Shown one piece after another: positions 63,238 to 64,000 of a DNA stretch of 64,000 bases. Where the stretch lies: contig NC_043019.1 in the NCBI RefSeq assembly GCF_006345805.1, positions 14,073,360 through 14,137,359 on the forward strand. Reading direction: 5' to 3'. Numbering within the stretch: the stretch's first letter is position 1; each line of letters starts with the position of its first letter. Below the pieces are notes generated by a model, which did not search any database, was not told where the DNA came from, and saw only the letters and a list, made by a program, of their open reading frames with translations. The DNA comes from Octopus sinensis. Taxonomy: Eukaryota. The translations under genes and the position numbers were made by a program.

Positions 63238-64000
63238 CTCACCTCTTATTTTATCGTTCATTCCATCTTGGTCGCAAACCACAATTAACATCAATGAATC
63301 TGTATTGACGAAATCTTAACCTTCCAGCTAGTAGAAGACTTTGTTATTGGTTAATTCATACATTAATGAATTAATTAGTCTTTAATTATGTGGAAGGTAA
63401 ATCGGTGGCGGAAGTGGTAGTGGGTTGCATTAAGTGTTTCGTAGTATTTAGTTATATTGTTTTAAGTTCAGAGTTCAAATCCAGTGGAGGTAAACTTTTA
63501 TTTTTTTAAATTCTGGGGCAGGACTTGATAATATAAAAACCAGTTTCATATTGCTGGAAATCAATAAAATCATCTGTATCCTTCTTTTATGAATGTATGC
63601 CTGTACAACAATACAAACAATTATTATTATTATTATTATTATGGCAGTGAGCTTGCAGAATCGTGAGCATGCCAGCGCCAGGCAAAATGCTGTTAAGCAT
63701 TTTGTTCAGCTTTGTTCCCAGTTCAAATTCTACTGGGGTTGACTTTGCCTTTCATCCTTTTGGCGTCAAAATATGCACAGCCAAACACTGGGGTTGATCT
63801 AATCAACATACCCTGTCCCCTGAAATTGCTGGTCTTGTGCCTATAATAGAAAGGATTATTACCGTAAATCCTCATGTATAATCCACATTTTCTCCCCAAA
63901 ATTTAAAGGTCAAAATCCTTAGTGCGTACCATATACGAGGTTAAAAATGAAAAGTATTTTCTAAGCAATGTCTGAGTCTCTATTTGCTGTCCAGCAATGT

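Overview
Eukaryotic, AT-rich and extremely microsatellite- and SINE-dense DNA. The repeat landscape suggests an octopus genome (inference). One gene is solidly supported: a spliced + strand ACOD1/IRG1 (cis-aconitate decarboxylase, MmgE/PrpD family) ortholog. Its proposed CDS is join(7756..7779,12401..12512,13295..13811,14262..14473,15403..15734,17166..17534), 1566 nt / 521 aa, with all intron phases consistent, canonical GT-AG sites, the active-site motifs intact and a basic N-terminal extension resembling a mitochondrial presequence. A probable first coding exon of a second + strand gene is at 53074..53103, and weak hints of minus-strand exons lie at 22.3-37.3 kb. The rest is mobile DNA: three tRNA-derived SINE families, RTE and CR1 LINE fragments, Dong/R4-like RLE fragments in (TAA)n tracts, Penelope-like remnants, Helitrons, hAT/piggyBac/mariner MITEs and decayed mariner and maT-like transposases. 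One RTE copy has a PHD finger inside its RT region and a 6-unit tandem array of its 3' end. Eight hammerhead-ribozyme motifs, intact or degenerate, were found in Penelope-type elements, two of them on the sense strand of ACOD1 intron 2. Almost all ORFs in the supplied track are artefacts of microsatellites or repeats. There is a 100-N gap at 48718..48817. No CRISPR array, rRNA or bona fide tRNA gene was seen. All comparisons to known proteins and TE families are from memory, not database searches, and repeat coordinates were read by eye.
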